DNA of 64,000 nucleotides from Mytilus californianus (taxonomy: Eukaryota): the NCBI RefSeq assembly GCF_021869535.1, contig NW_026262690.1:83948001-84012000 (forward strand), in the 5' to 3' direction. The notes beneath the pieces were generated by a model that saw only the letters and a list, made by a program, of their open reading frames with translations, had not been told where the DNA came from and ran no database searches. Numbering within the stretch: the stretch's first letter is position 1; each line of letters starts with the position of its first letter. The position numbers and the translations under genes are program-made. Shown here piece by piece: positions 1-9,628 of this stretch.

Positions 1-1363
1 CAGAGACATGTGTATATATAATATCTCTGATATATCCATATTTTTAGCTTATCTGTTCTTAATAAACTTGTGCTGTTCTGATTAAAAGCATCAATTTTAA
101 TAATTCCAGATCTTTTAAATTTCACTTAAGTACAATCTTAAATGTCTTTTTTATTGTATTATTGATCATGTACTTACTTAAACAACAATATTCAAAAACA
201 GTTTTCATTTATAAATACAGGAAAACAACCATCACTAAGGACATCCTATCCCTTATTGCCAGATTAATTCAGATACAGTTAGTAGGACACATACTTTTTT
301 TCTGCATGCAAGTCATAGGACATTGATTTTTTACAGCCCAAATCAGTATAGGACATTCACTTTTTGTTGGGTCATAACCAGTATTTGCACCGGTCCCATC
401 TGCCTGATAAATATTGCACGGTCCCAAAAAGTAAAGTAAAATTGTTTATTGTTTGTTGAAATATGTTTAAGATGAATTTAGGTGAGTATTTTCATTTCAT
501 CATAAAAATGATTTTAAGAAAGGGGTCCTGGTCACATCAGATCGCCTAGTTCATAACGCTAGTGGTGTCTATGTATTTAATAATCATGTCTTGACTTACT
601 TGAGAAATAGTCCAGGGCCATCAGTCAATTTTAATCATCGCATTTCTGATAACTATGTTGATTGTTACCTTTGAAAAATTTAAGAATTCTTATGGGCAAA
701 TTGTTATAAAAATGTTTGTTTTAACTTTTACCATAAACCCCTGGTAGTTTTGTAAACTTGAAAATCTTTGGATTATATTAAAATGGTAAAAAATAGTTTT
801 GCAATCACTTAATATTTTACCAAGTTTGTCACACTTTGTCACTTTTTTTCTAAAAAGCCCTTATAAAAAAGTCATAAATAAAGATATGTAGTACAATGTA
901 TAACGGCAAATGAAACATCTTTTCACTAGACACAAAAGGACGAGGATGAAATGACCATAGAAAACCGTGGGGTCTTCAACAAGGAACAAAACCCATACTG
1001 TTTAAGAATGATATAAATGGCTCCTGTATGGTAAAATGAGAAACAATTCAAAATAGAAAACCAACCGTCTGATAAATACTAAAAACAATAAACTAAAAAC
1101 AAAAAGCAGAAAGAAATCAATCGACAACCACTGAATTAGACTCTTAACTAAGGACCGGCAGACACGTCAATACTGTGGCGTGGTTAAACATGTTTGTGAG
1201 CTATCAACGCTATCCTTACCTATGACATTGGTGTAACAACACTATCACTAGTAAGTACAACTTGTAAACAAAAGTTGGTAAGGGATCGACTCATCCAATC
1301 GACACCCCGATGGCCAGAGGATTATCTTACACTGACACACCAAGTCCGAAAGGGATAACTATT

Positions 1364-1802
1364 TTACATCCCAGCTGTTCTAGATTAGATAAAAACCCAT
1401 TTACGCTTCATAAAATCTAGTTCAGAACGCCACACAATCATTATAATATACTTTATATATAACTATGTAGTATATACCCTTTATGAGCCCCGAACACTAT
1501 GTTAAATTAACCGAGTGTTTGTATCCAGTCGTCCTGGTGTAGGACTCGTGGGTCTATATGCTAAAGGTCTTGAGTTCGATTCCCAGCGTAGCTACTGGAT
1601 TTTTTTTTCTACACAAATTTTGATAGTTAATCTTTTCCGTATAAATATTTCTAAGTTTTATTGTGAACTTGAAATTCCCGCCAAAATGTTACAGAACGAA
1701 GGAAAGCATGCAGAACAAAGAATTTAAACTCAAGCTAGGGTAATCTGGCGGGGGTGATCCGGCTCAGATCACCCCTGGTAGAATAAAGGAGCTGGGATGT
1801 AA
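1364..1802. mobile_element. Possible MITE with short TIRs (TA-CATCCCAGCT...AGCTGGGATG-TA) containing a tRNA-like box A/B segment and a GC hairpin
   Basis: 13-bp inverted match 1364-1376 / 1790-1802; GTTCGATTCC near 1577; stem GGGGTGATC/GATCACCCC near 1751-1775. Confidence 0.4.
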
Positions 1803-2234
1803 CAAAAAATGTTTAATCAAGTTGACATAAAACACAATATCGATCTAGTTCAAATTCAACTAATAAATGAACCATTTTTTCCAGACTAATATATCACAAA
1901 TTTACTAAAAGCACTAACTACCGTTTTTATTCATCTCGTACATTGAAACGAACGGCCCCTAATTATGAGTTTTTCGGGACAGGTTCCAATATGGTTATAC
2001 ATTTCTACGCCTCATTCGCCATTTGCATAAAATGAGGAAACCGGCTTCATAGTGCGAATTTACATATTACGGAATTGAAGCATTATAGGTATTCAAAGAT
2101 TACGATATTTGAAAAGTTGATGTCACAAAATTCGTCAATAAAAAGATAAAATCGTATTCTTTATATGTTGATTCATTTTAATTTGCTATGAATGGGATGT
2201 TAATGTTCGGTCAAGTTTATGAAGTTTAGGAAGC

Positions 2235-2708
2235 TTATTAATGAATGAGCTATTTAATGAGTTAACAAAACTTGATATAAACAAAGCATCTGGTATGGAT
2301 AATATAGGACCAAAAATTCTAAGATTAAGCGCCCCTGTTATTGCATCACCTCTCACATACATATTTAATCGAATGATAGATACTGGTATATATCCTTCTT
2401 TACTGAAGAATGCTAAGGTAACACCAGTTTTCAAGGATGGTGACAAGCTTTTAGCAACAAATTACAGACCTATATCTGTTCTTCCAACTTTATCAAAATT
2501 AATAGAAAGACATTTTTCTAATAATATGTACAAATACTTATCTAAACTTAAACTTTTACACCCTACACAATCTGGTTTCAGGCCGCAGCATTCTTGTCAA
2601 ACTGCACTTATTAATATCATTGACAAATGGTTGCAAGAAATGAATGATGGCAATTTAAACCTAGCAATTTTATTAGATTTTAAAAAAGCTTTTGATTTGG
2701 TAGATCAT
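2235..2708 (+). mobile_element. 5'-truncated CR1/L2-group LINE, left part (RT N-terminal region)
   Basis: KASGMDNI, NYRPISVLP, QSGFRP and DFKKAFDLVDH motifs; the exact 5' boundary is uncertain. Confidence 0.9.
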
Positions 2709-3102
2709 TGTAACACAATTGTGTTCCATACGATAATCATCAGGAAGTAACTACATACAGCAAAACCGAGACGATTACATGTAACCTTTAGACACTTAAT
2801 AACAATCTGTACGAATATTATTGACATATATCCTGCAGCCACTAAATGACCATGTCTACTGTGAAATAACATGTATCCGTCAGGGGTTAATTGCATAGTT
2901 TGACAATTAACCACAGACTAGTATTACTCCACAACCAGACTACTACGTAACCGGCCTACAGCTATGGACCGTTTGTATGGACCACTAGACTATATAAGAT
3001 CTCTCATTTTGGACTTCAAGACACAATTCGATCACACCAGAATTCGTCAGATCTCGGCCAGTGTCTCAGTGAAAAACATTTATTTGAACTTTTAATCGCT
3101 CT
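2709..3102 (+). repeat. LTR copy 1, 3'-truncated (394 of 464 bp); keeps TATA (2991-2997) but lacks AATAAA
   Basis: Matches 3703-4096 by eye; breaks off at ...TTTAATCGCTCT and joins env-tail sequence. Confidence 0.95.
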
Positions 3103-3103
3103 A

Positions 3104-3702
3104 AATGCCACGAACGATGGGTACCAAATGGTGACAACGCAAATGGTTGGGACAGAAGTACCTGATTCCAGAGAGAAGATTCCCTCTGCACCATTACTCA
3201 AAGACGATGCAAGACCGAAGACCGATGCTACCAGTCTCTTGAGAAAGATGTACCCAGAGCTAGATACGTCGACTACTTCGTAAAAGGACTGGATTGTAAA
3301 CCATACAACGTAGACGACCGAATCCACTAGCAGAAGACGAACCGTGTAAATAATTTTAAAAGTGACCCTATGAACTGTGTAAATAGAATTGTATAAACAT
3401 TTGTTCCTACCCAGTATTGAGGAACAACTTACTATGATGGTGATGGAAATAAAACATGAACTATGTATACCGAAATATTGAACTTATGATTAGAATGAAC
3501 TATGTGTAAATATATCCAGCTATTAGACTTGATGAATGTGATGAACTTATTATATCATGATATTGGACTCGTAGAACTTTATAAACTTTAGATATGTGGT
3601 GATGGTTACCGGAAACCTTACAATAAACTATTAGAATAACCTACAGGAAGAAAAATACCGTATTTTATTGAACTTTCGTTCTATTTTGGAGGGAGGGCAT
3701 TA
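3104..3702 (+). repeat. Duplicate of env C-terminal tail + 3' UTR + PPT (copy of 12039-12639)
   Basis: Near-identical to 12039-12639. Differences seen: TCG vs TCC (3271 vs 12207) and TTGTTCCTACCC vs TTGCGTTCTTACCC (2-bp indel plus substitution). Confidence 0.95.
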
Positions 3703-4166
3703 TGTAACACAATTGTGTTCCATACGATAATCATCAGGAAGTAACTACATACAGCAAAACCGAGACGATTACATGTAACCTTTAGACACTTAATAACAAT
3801 CTGTACGAATATTATTGACATATATCCTGCAGCCACTAAATGACCATGTCTACTGTGAAATAACATGTATCCGTCAGGGGTTAATTGCATAGTTTGACAA
3901 TTAACCACAGACTAGTATTACTCCACAACCAGACTACTACGTAACCGGCCTACAGCTATGGACCGTTTGTATGGACCACTAGACTATATAAGATCTCTCA
4001 TTTTGGACTTCAAGACACAATTCGATCACACCAGAATTCGTCAGATCTCGGCCAGTGTCTCAGTGAAAAACATTTATTTGAACTTTTAATCGCTCTTTGA
4101 ATACTTGTAAATTAAGCAATAAATTCTAATTGACAAGTATTAGTTAACTTAATTGACTTCGCAACA
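3703..4166 (+). repeat. LTR copy 2 (full 464 bp; functional 5' LTR)
   Basis: TGTAACA...GCAACA; TATATAA at 3985-3991; AATAAA at 4118-4123; no differences from 12640-13103 seen by eye. Confidence 0.97.
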
Positions 4167-4176
4167 TAAGTCAAAT

Positions 4177-4185
4177 TGGTGCCGT
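4177..4185 (+). promoter_or_regulatory. Primer-binding-site-like sequence TGGTGCCGT
   Basis: TGG start 10 nt after the LTR end; 9-nt complementarity to the typical metazoan tRNA-His 3' end (8 nt to tRNA-Phe). Confidence 0.6.
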
Positions 4186-4239
4186 TCAGACCAAGGATCA
4201 ACCAGGACTTCTAACCACTATACGATAGAAAGGAACCAC

Positions 4240-4245
4240 GTAAGT
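4240..4245 (+). promoter_or_regulatory. Putative major splice donor (CAC|GTAAGT) in the leader, upstream of the gag ATG
   Basis: Consensus GTAAGT between PBS and gag start, the usual retroviral position. Confidence 0.65.
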
Positions 4246-4275
4246 TGCAATTACCATAGCTTTCATTCTTTTTTA

Positions 4276-5430
4276 ATGGATAACCAAGATACTTCTATGT
4301 CAGCACAAAAAGTAGAATTAGCTTTCAATGGTGTCGCGAACGAACTTCATGGGTTAAGGGAAGTAGTTACTATTCAAGGCGATGTAGCCGCCGAACTAAA
4401 AGGGTTAAAATCAGCCATTTGTTCTCAAAACGTAGTTCAAGGAATAACGCCTTTTGAAGGTAATACGAAAGATTTTAAAGCCTGGATTAAGTCAATTGAA
4501 AAATATGCTTTACTTTTTAATGATAGGGATCGAATTAAGGAAATAGCTTTTCAAACATGTAAAGGGGCTTGTTCAGATTACATACAAAGGTATTTAAGAG
4601 ACCATCGGGATACCACTTGGGAACAATTAAAAAAAGAATTAACTTCAAGGTTTGGAGAAATTACGGACCCTCAACATGCGTCAACTCTTTTGAGACAATT
4701 AAAACAAAAAGGGGACGAGTCTGTTCAAATTTATGCAGAAAATTTATTGAATTTGGCAAATGAGGCATATTCAGATTTAGATGGAAATAATGAAGCTATA
4801 GAAAGGGAACTCGTAGGCATTTTTATAGATGGTTTGGCTCATTCTTATTTAAAAATGAAATTAATGAGAGAAAACCCAGCTACTTTTTCTTTGGCAGTTA
4901 AAAGTGCAATGACTGAACAAAATTTGAGAAAAAGATTTACTTTAAGAACGGAAAGGGTAGACGAACCAAGGTATAAAACAATAAGACCAATGACATTAAC
5001 TAGACCACGACGGACTGAACCTTTGAACTCTCATGAACCAATGGAAATTGATCATTATCGTGATGCAAAACGTTGTTATTCTTGTGGTAAAGTAGGTCAT
5101 GTATCACGTGATTGTCGTTCTGGGGGAAATTTGAGACAAATTAATGCCGTAGAAATGCAAACATATCACGGAAATTCGGGTAGAAACAGGGAAATTAATT
5201 GTTATTCTTGTGGTAAGGTAGGACATATAGCACGAGATTGTCGTTCTAGGGGAACATATAGACAAGTAAATGCAGTTGAAACGCAACAATATCAAGGGAA
5301 TTCGGGAAGAAATAATGAGATAATTTGTTATCAGTGTAATCAACGGGGACATATTAGGCCAAATTGCCCAAATAGAAAACCTAGGACTGTTAACATGGTA
5401 GAAAACTGGGGTGTATATCAGGAAAACTAA
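4276..5430 (+). CDS. gag: Gag (capsid-like region plus three CCHC zinc knuckles)
   Basis: First ATG at 4276 within ORF 4153-5430; retrotransposon-gag-like core (TWEQLKKELTSRF), PMEID motif, three CX2CX4HX4C knuckles. Confidence 0.93.
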   Translation: MDNQDTSMSAQKVELAFNGVANELHGLREVVTIQGDVAAELKGLKSAICSQNVVQGITPFEGNTKDFKAWIKSIEKYALLFNDRDRIKEIAFQTCKGACSDYIQRYLRDHRDTTWEQLKKELTSRFGEITDPQHASTLLRQLKQKGDESVQIYAENLLNLANEAYSDLDGNNEAIERELVGIFIDGLAHSYLKMKLMRENPATFSLAVKSAMTEQNLRKRFTLRTERVDEPRYKTIRPMTLTRPRRTEPLNSHEPMEIDHYRDAKRCYSCGKVGHVSRDCRSGGNLRQINAVEMQTYHGNSGRNREINCYSCGKVGHIARDCRSRGTYRQVNAVETQQYQGNSGRNNEIICYQCNQRGHIRPNCPNRKPRTVNMVENWGVYQEN

Positions 5431-8400
5431 AGCGCTCTTGTCACGTTGAAGCCGGTGATAAGAGTAAAATTGAAAAGAAATTACCTACTTATTCTATAAA
5501 TGTTGCAGGAGCTCCAAATTCAACTTTAATCAAAATTCAAAATCAAAGATATAGAGCTCTCGTAGATTCAGGCGCTAGTGTTTCTTTGATACACAAAAGA
5601 ATTTTTGAAACTTTGAGGGATAAACCAAAATTACTAAAGAAAACGGCTAACTTACAGTCCGTAAATGGGGGGTCTTTACATGTAGAAGGTTGTGCAAACC
5701 TTACATTTAAAATAGGTAGTACAAAAGTTACTCAATTATTTTATGTTGTTAGAGACATGAACAGAAATGTTATTTTAGGAAAAGATTGGTTAGTACAAAA
5801 TGGAGTTAGGTTATATTTTGATTTAGGATGTTTAAGAATTCAAAAAAATTATGTTCCATTAGAAGAAGATATTAATGTGGCTTCAATTGTAAGATTAACC
5901 GTAAATGCCGTATTAAAACCACAAACAATTAATGTTTGTCCCGTAGGCCTTAAGAACAATCCAAGTTTTGGAAGTACTAAATTGTTAGAAATCTCACCTG
6001 TAGCTTCAGGGTATGTTAGTACAGAACCAGGCTTAATGATAAGTAATACGGTGGTTAATTTTAATAAAAATAGGAAGTTTCCTTTGATGATTGTAAATAA
6101 CACAAACAAATCAATTAGGTTAAGAAGAGGTTGTGTAGTAGGTAAGGCTTCTCATTTAGAAGAAATAAATTTAGTCAATGTTAATCAATCACAAGAAACT
6201 TCGGAACTCAAAAAGTTAGATGAGTCTGAAATAAGTGTACCACAAGAATTTAAAAAGGATATACTTAGAATGTTAAGGGATAATGAAGATATTTTTGCAA
6301 CTTCAGACAAAGATTTGGGGTGCACTGATACAGTGCAAATGACTATTGATACCGGGGATCATCCACCTATCAGATTAAAACCCTATAGGGCCCCTCTCAA
6401 TCAGAGAAAAATAATAGATAAGGCTATTGAGGAATTATTAGAGGCTAATATTATTAGGAAATCTAGGTCGGCTTGGGCTGCGCCTATTATTATCGTTTCT
6501 AAAAAGGATAAAACATCAAGGATGTGCGTGGACTATCGCAGCCTGAACGCAGCCAGTAAAATTTATTCCTTTCCGTTGCCCCTGATTGATGACTTGCTTG
6601 CTTCAGTAGGTAAAGCCAAAGTAATGACATCACTTGATTTAAAGTCAGGATATTATCAGGTAAAGGTCAAAGAGTCGGATAAGGAAAAGACTGCTTTTGT
6701 ATGTCACAAGGGATTATTTGAGTTCAATGTATTGCCATTTGGTCTCGCCTCAGGGCCCAGTTTATTTAGTGAATTAGTTACAGAGGTACTACAAGGGTTA
6801 GAACATTTTTCAACTGCTTACATAGATGACATTTTGATATTTTCCGAAACAGTGGAAGAACATTTAGGCCACATACAACAAGTTTTTGATAGATTAAGAC
6901 AACACAAACTAAAATTAAAATTGAAAAAATGTAATTTTATGCAAGATGAAACTAATTACTTAGGCTTTATAATAAGTAAAGATGGACTAAAACCGGATCC
7001 TGAAAAGGTTAAGGCCATTCAAGGCATGAAAGCTCCCTCGAATGTCAGGGAAGTTAGAGGATTAATAGGTTGTTTGAGTTATTATCGCAGATTTGTACCT
7101 TCATTTTCAAAAATTGCGGAGCCTATAGTTGCCTTAACTAGGAAAAACAAGGTTTTTGATTGGACCAACACTTGTCAAGTTGCTTTTGAAAAATTAAGGG
7201 GTGAATTAGTGAAAGTTCCCTTATTGGCATATCCAGATTTGAATAAACCATATGTGCTTTACACGGACGCTAGTGATAATTGTGTAGGTGCTTGTTTAAC
7301 GCAATTACAAGCCAGCCCAATAGAGGGTGAAAATGAAGTTGAAAGACCAATTTACTTCCTATCTCATAAATTGAGTGATACGCAAACACGTTGGTCAACC
7401 ATTGAAAAAGAAGCCTTTGCGATTCATTATGCCTTACAAAAATTGAATCATTATTTGTATAATGCTGAATTTGTGATAAAAACAGATCACAAACCTTTGA
7501 AATACATTCTGGAATCACCAATGCAAAATAAGAAAATTCAACTGTGGGCATTGAACATAACGGGTTATAACTGTACTATTCAGTATATTCCAGGGCCCCA
7601 AAACGTGTGTGCAGATTTTATGTCTAGATTACCTTCAGATGAAAAACGAAACGAAAATCCAGATCCGTATCCGGATATTAGTGACAATACTTACGAAATT
7701 AATGTGATTAATTCAAATAGATTTCATTTTTCTGATTATGCAAATAATGATAAATTAGTTGAAGATATTCCAGAAAAAGAAAATTTTCAGTTTGAAGAAT
7801 TTGATATGTCAATCGAACAAATGAAAGACAAAACATTACGTGAGTTAAAGGAACAACTTGTAAGCGATAAGGTACCCGAGGCAGTGCAAAACAAGTACAT
7901 CATAATAGATGACATACTTTATTACATTTCAAATGTAGATAATGATCCTATTATAAGGTTGTACATACCATCTCATATAAAACAAGCAGTTGTAGAACAA
8001 TATCATGATAAGAATGGGCACATGGGCATTGACAAAACATTTGATTCCATTCGTCAAAAATATTTTTGGCCAAACATGTTTAAGGAATTGTATAATTATG
8101 TCACTACTTGTGTACCTTGTCAATCACGCAATTTACAAAAGGTTAGAGCGCCAATTCAGGAAACAAAAATTCCGCCTTATCCTTTTTGTCATGTAGGGGT
8201 AGATTTGAGTGGACCGTATCCAACTACCATGTCAGGTAACAGGTACATTATAGGATTTATCGATTTATACTCAGGGTGGCCAGAAGCTTTTAGTGTCGCA
8301 ACAAAAAGCACTGACAATGTTGCACATCTTTTGATTGAAGAAATTACTTCAAGGCATTCTGGGATTCAAATTCTAACAAGTGATAACGGAGGGGAAAACT

Positions 8401-9524
8401 GTTCTAAGGCTATGGAGGAAGTTTGTAAGGAACTTAATATAAAGCATATTAAAACTTCATTCTATCACCCTCAGGGTAATGCTAAAATAGAAAGATTTCA
8501 TAGAACATTACATGATGTTTTGTCAAAATTAATAGAAGATCATTCCACAACTTGGGATTTATACTTGAACCAAGCTTTAGCAGCAATTAGATTCAATATC
8601 AATGAGTCCACCCAACTTTCACCTTTTTATGCATTATATAACAGGGATCCAGTTTTACCTTTAGATAACATTTTACAGCCTAGGAGAAAATACAATGGGG
8701 AAGAATATCATAAAATTGCCTTGCAACAACAACATAAATCATTTATGTTGGTTCATAAAACCATGAAAAAATCTAAGCAGAAACAAGCTAAGTACGCAAA
8801 CAAACATAGCAAAGATATAAGGTTTGAGGTAGGAAACCCAGTTTTTTATAAAAATCATAGAAGGGCAAGCAAACTTTCAAAAAAATGGACTCCGTACTAT
8901 AGGATTATAGAACAAACTTCACCTGTTAGTTTTATTTTAAAAAATCAGTTAGATGGGACAACCACAAAGGCTCATGCTGAACAAATTCGTTTGGCTAAGT
9001 TAGATTGGGAAATTCCTAACAACAATCAAGGTAGGACATTACGTAAAGCTGCATATGTAGTTCCCATTGAGTCACAATCAGAAGACTCCTCTGATGATGA
9101 AAGCATAGATTCAGACACTCCGTTAAATCAAATTGCAAAAAGATATAAAAAAGAAAGGGAAAATTCTGATGAAGAAGATGATATACCATTAATGGAGTTA
9201 TCTAAAAAATTAAGGGGGAAGAAAATTTTCTCAGAACAAAATAATGTCAATAATAGTGAAATAGAAAGTGATGATCAAATCATAAAAGAAGAAGTAGAAA
9301 ATTCGTCTACTAATTCTGAAGTTTCTGACATTGATGATAAAATGTCCAGCAGTCACTCTTCGCCTGTTGAATCTGAAATTTCCGACATGGAAGATAACAT
9401 GTCTGTAAACCGGGTTAAAATAAAAAATAATCGGAAACCAACTGATAATGGGGCTAACGAAACAAAATTGGTAACCAAGGAACATGTACAAAATTTAGTA
9501 AGGGCTTTAATAGGTATTATGTAG
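5394..9524 (+). CDS. pol: Pol polyprotein: aspartic protease, RT, RNase H, integrase with GPY/F-like module and acidic tail
   Basis: Frame open from 5394 with LVDSGASVS protease motif upstream of the tracked ORF start; RT (RMCVDYR, LPFGL, YIDD); RNase H (YTDAS, EKEAFA, TDHKPL); IN HHCC (HDKNGH...CVPC) and DDE core. Confidence 0.97.
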   Translation, partial: HGRKLGCISGKLKRSCHVEAGDKSKIEKKLPTYSINVAGAPNSTLIKIQNQRYRALVDSGASVSLIHKRIFETLRDKPKLLKKTANLQSVNGGSLHVEGCANLTFKIGSTKVTQLFYVVRDMNRNVILGKDWLVQNGVRLYFDLGCLRIQKNYVPLEEDINVASIVRLTVNAVLKPQTINVCPVGLKNNPSFGSTKLLEISPVASGYVSTEPGLMISNTVVNFNKNRKFPLMIVNNTNKSIRLRRGCVVGKASHLEEINLVNVNQSQETSELKKLDESEISVPQEFKKDILRMLRDNEDIFATSDKDLGCTDTVQMTIDTGDHPPIRLKPYRAPLNQRKIIDKAIEELLEANIIRKSRSAWAAPIIIVSKKDKTSRMCVDYRSLNAASKIYSFPLPLIDDLLASVGKAKVMTSLDLKSGYYQVKVKESDKEKTAFVCHKGLFEFNVLPFGLASGPSLFSELVTEVLQGLEHFSTAYIDDILIFSETVEEHLGHIQQVFDRLRQHKLKLKLKKCNFMQDETNYLGFIISKDGLKPDPEKVKAIQGMKAPSNVREVRGLIGCLSYYRRFVPSFSKIAEPIVALTRKNKVFDWTNTCQVAFEKLRGELVKVPLLAYPDLNKPYVLYTDASDNCVGACLTQLQASPIEGENEVERPIYFLSHKLSDTQTRWSTIEKEAFAIHYALQKLNHYLYNAEFVIKTDHKPLKYILESPMQNKKIQLWALNITGYNCTIQYIPGPQNVCADFMSRLPSDEKRNENPDPYPDISDNTYEINVINSNRFHFSDYANNDKLVEDIPEKENFQFEEFDMSIEQMKDKTLRELKEQLVSDKVPEAVQNKYIIIDDILYYISNVDNDPIIRLYIPSHIKQAVVEQYHDKNGHMGIDKTFDSIRQKYFWPNMFKELYNYVTTCVPCQSRNLQKVRAPIQETKIPPYPFCHVGVDLSGPYPTTMSGNRYIIGFIDLYSGWPEAFSVATKSTDNVAHLLIEEITSRHSGIQILTSDNGGENCSKAMEEVCKELNIKHIKTSFYHPQGNAKIERFHRTLHDVLSKLIEDHSTTWDLYLNQALAAIRFNINESTQLSPFYALYNRDPVLPLDNILQPRRKYNGEEYHKIALQQQHKSFMLVHKTMKKSKQKQAKYANKHSKDIRFEVGNPVFYKNHRRASKLSKKWTPYYRIIEQTSPVSFILKNQLDGTTTKAHAEQIRLAKLDWEIPNNNQGRTLRKAAYVVPIESQSEDSSDDESIDSDTPLNQIAKRYKKERENSDEEDDIPLMELSKKLRGKKIFSEQNNVNNSEIESDDQIIKEEVENSSTNSEVSDIDDKMSSSHSSPVESEISDMEDNMSVNRVKIKNNRKPTDNGANETKLVTKEHVQNLVRALIGIM
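5421..5464 (+). promoter_or_regulatory. -1 programmed ribosomal frameshift signal: G GAA AAC slippery site plus downstream stem-loop
   Basis: Heptamer 5421-5427 directly before the gag stop; pol is in the -1 frame and open from 5394; 7-nt spacer, then a 10-bp stem CTCTTGTCAC (5435-5444) / GTGATAAGAG (5455-5464) with one G-U pair. Confidence 0.8.
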
Positions 9525-9628
9525 GTATCAATTGGCTTTATAGGTCGTAAGAAGGATGCAAATCATTTAAAAATTTCTAAAACTTATAAACTATGTAATA
9601 AAACTAGTATTTATTCTCATTTTACAGA

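Noticed and set aside
2160-2240. Target-site duplication or 5' inversion for the LINE
   Set aside because: No convincing direct repeat with the flank at 14441, and no clear inverted ORF2 segment.
2705-2914. Identical 69-75 aa minus-strand ORFs (also 3681-3908 and 12618-12845)
   Set aside because: They are identical only because they lie in the LTR copies; no recognisable domain, and the stop position depends on flanking DNA.
5586-5588. Tracked pol start
   Set aside because: A TTG downstream of the protease DSG motif; the frame is open from 5394 and is best explained by frameshifting.
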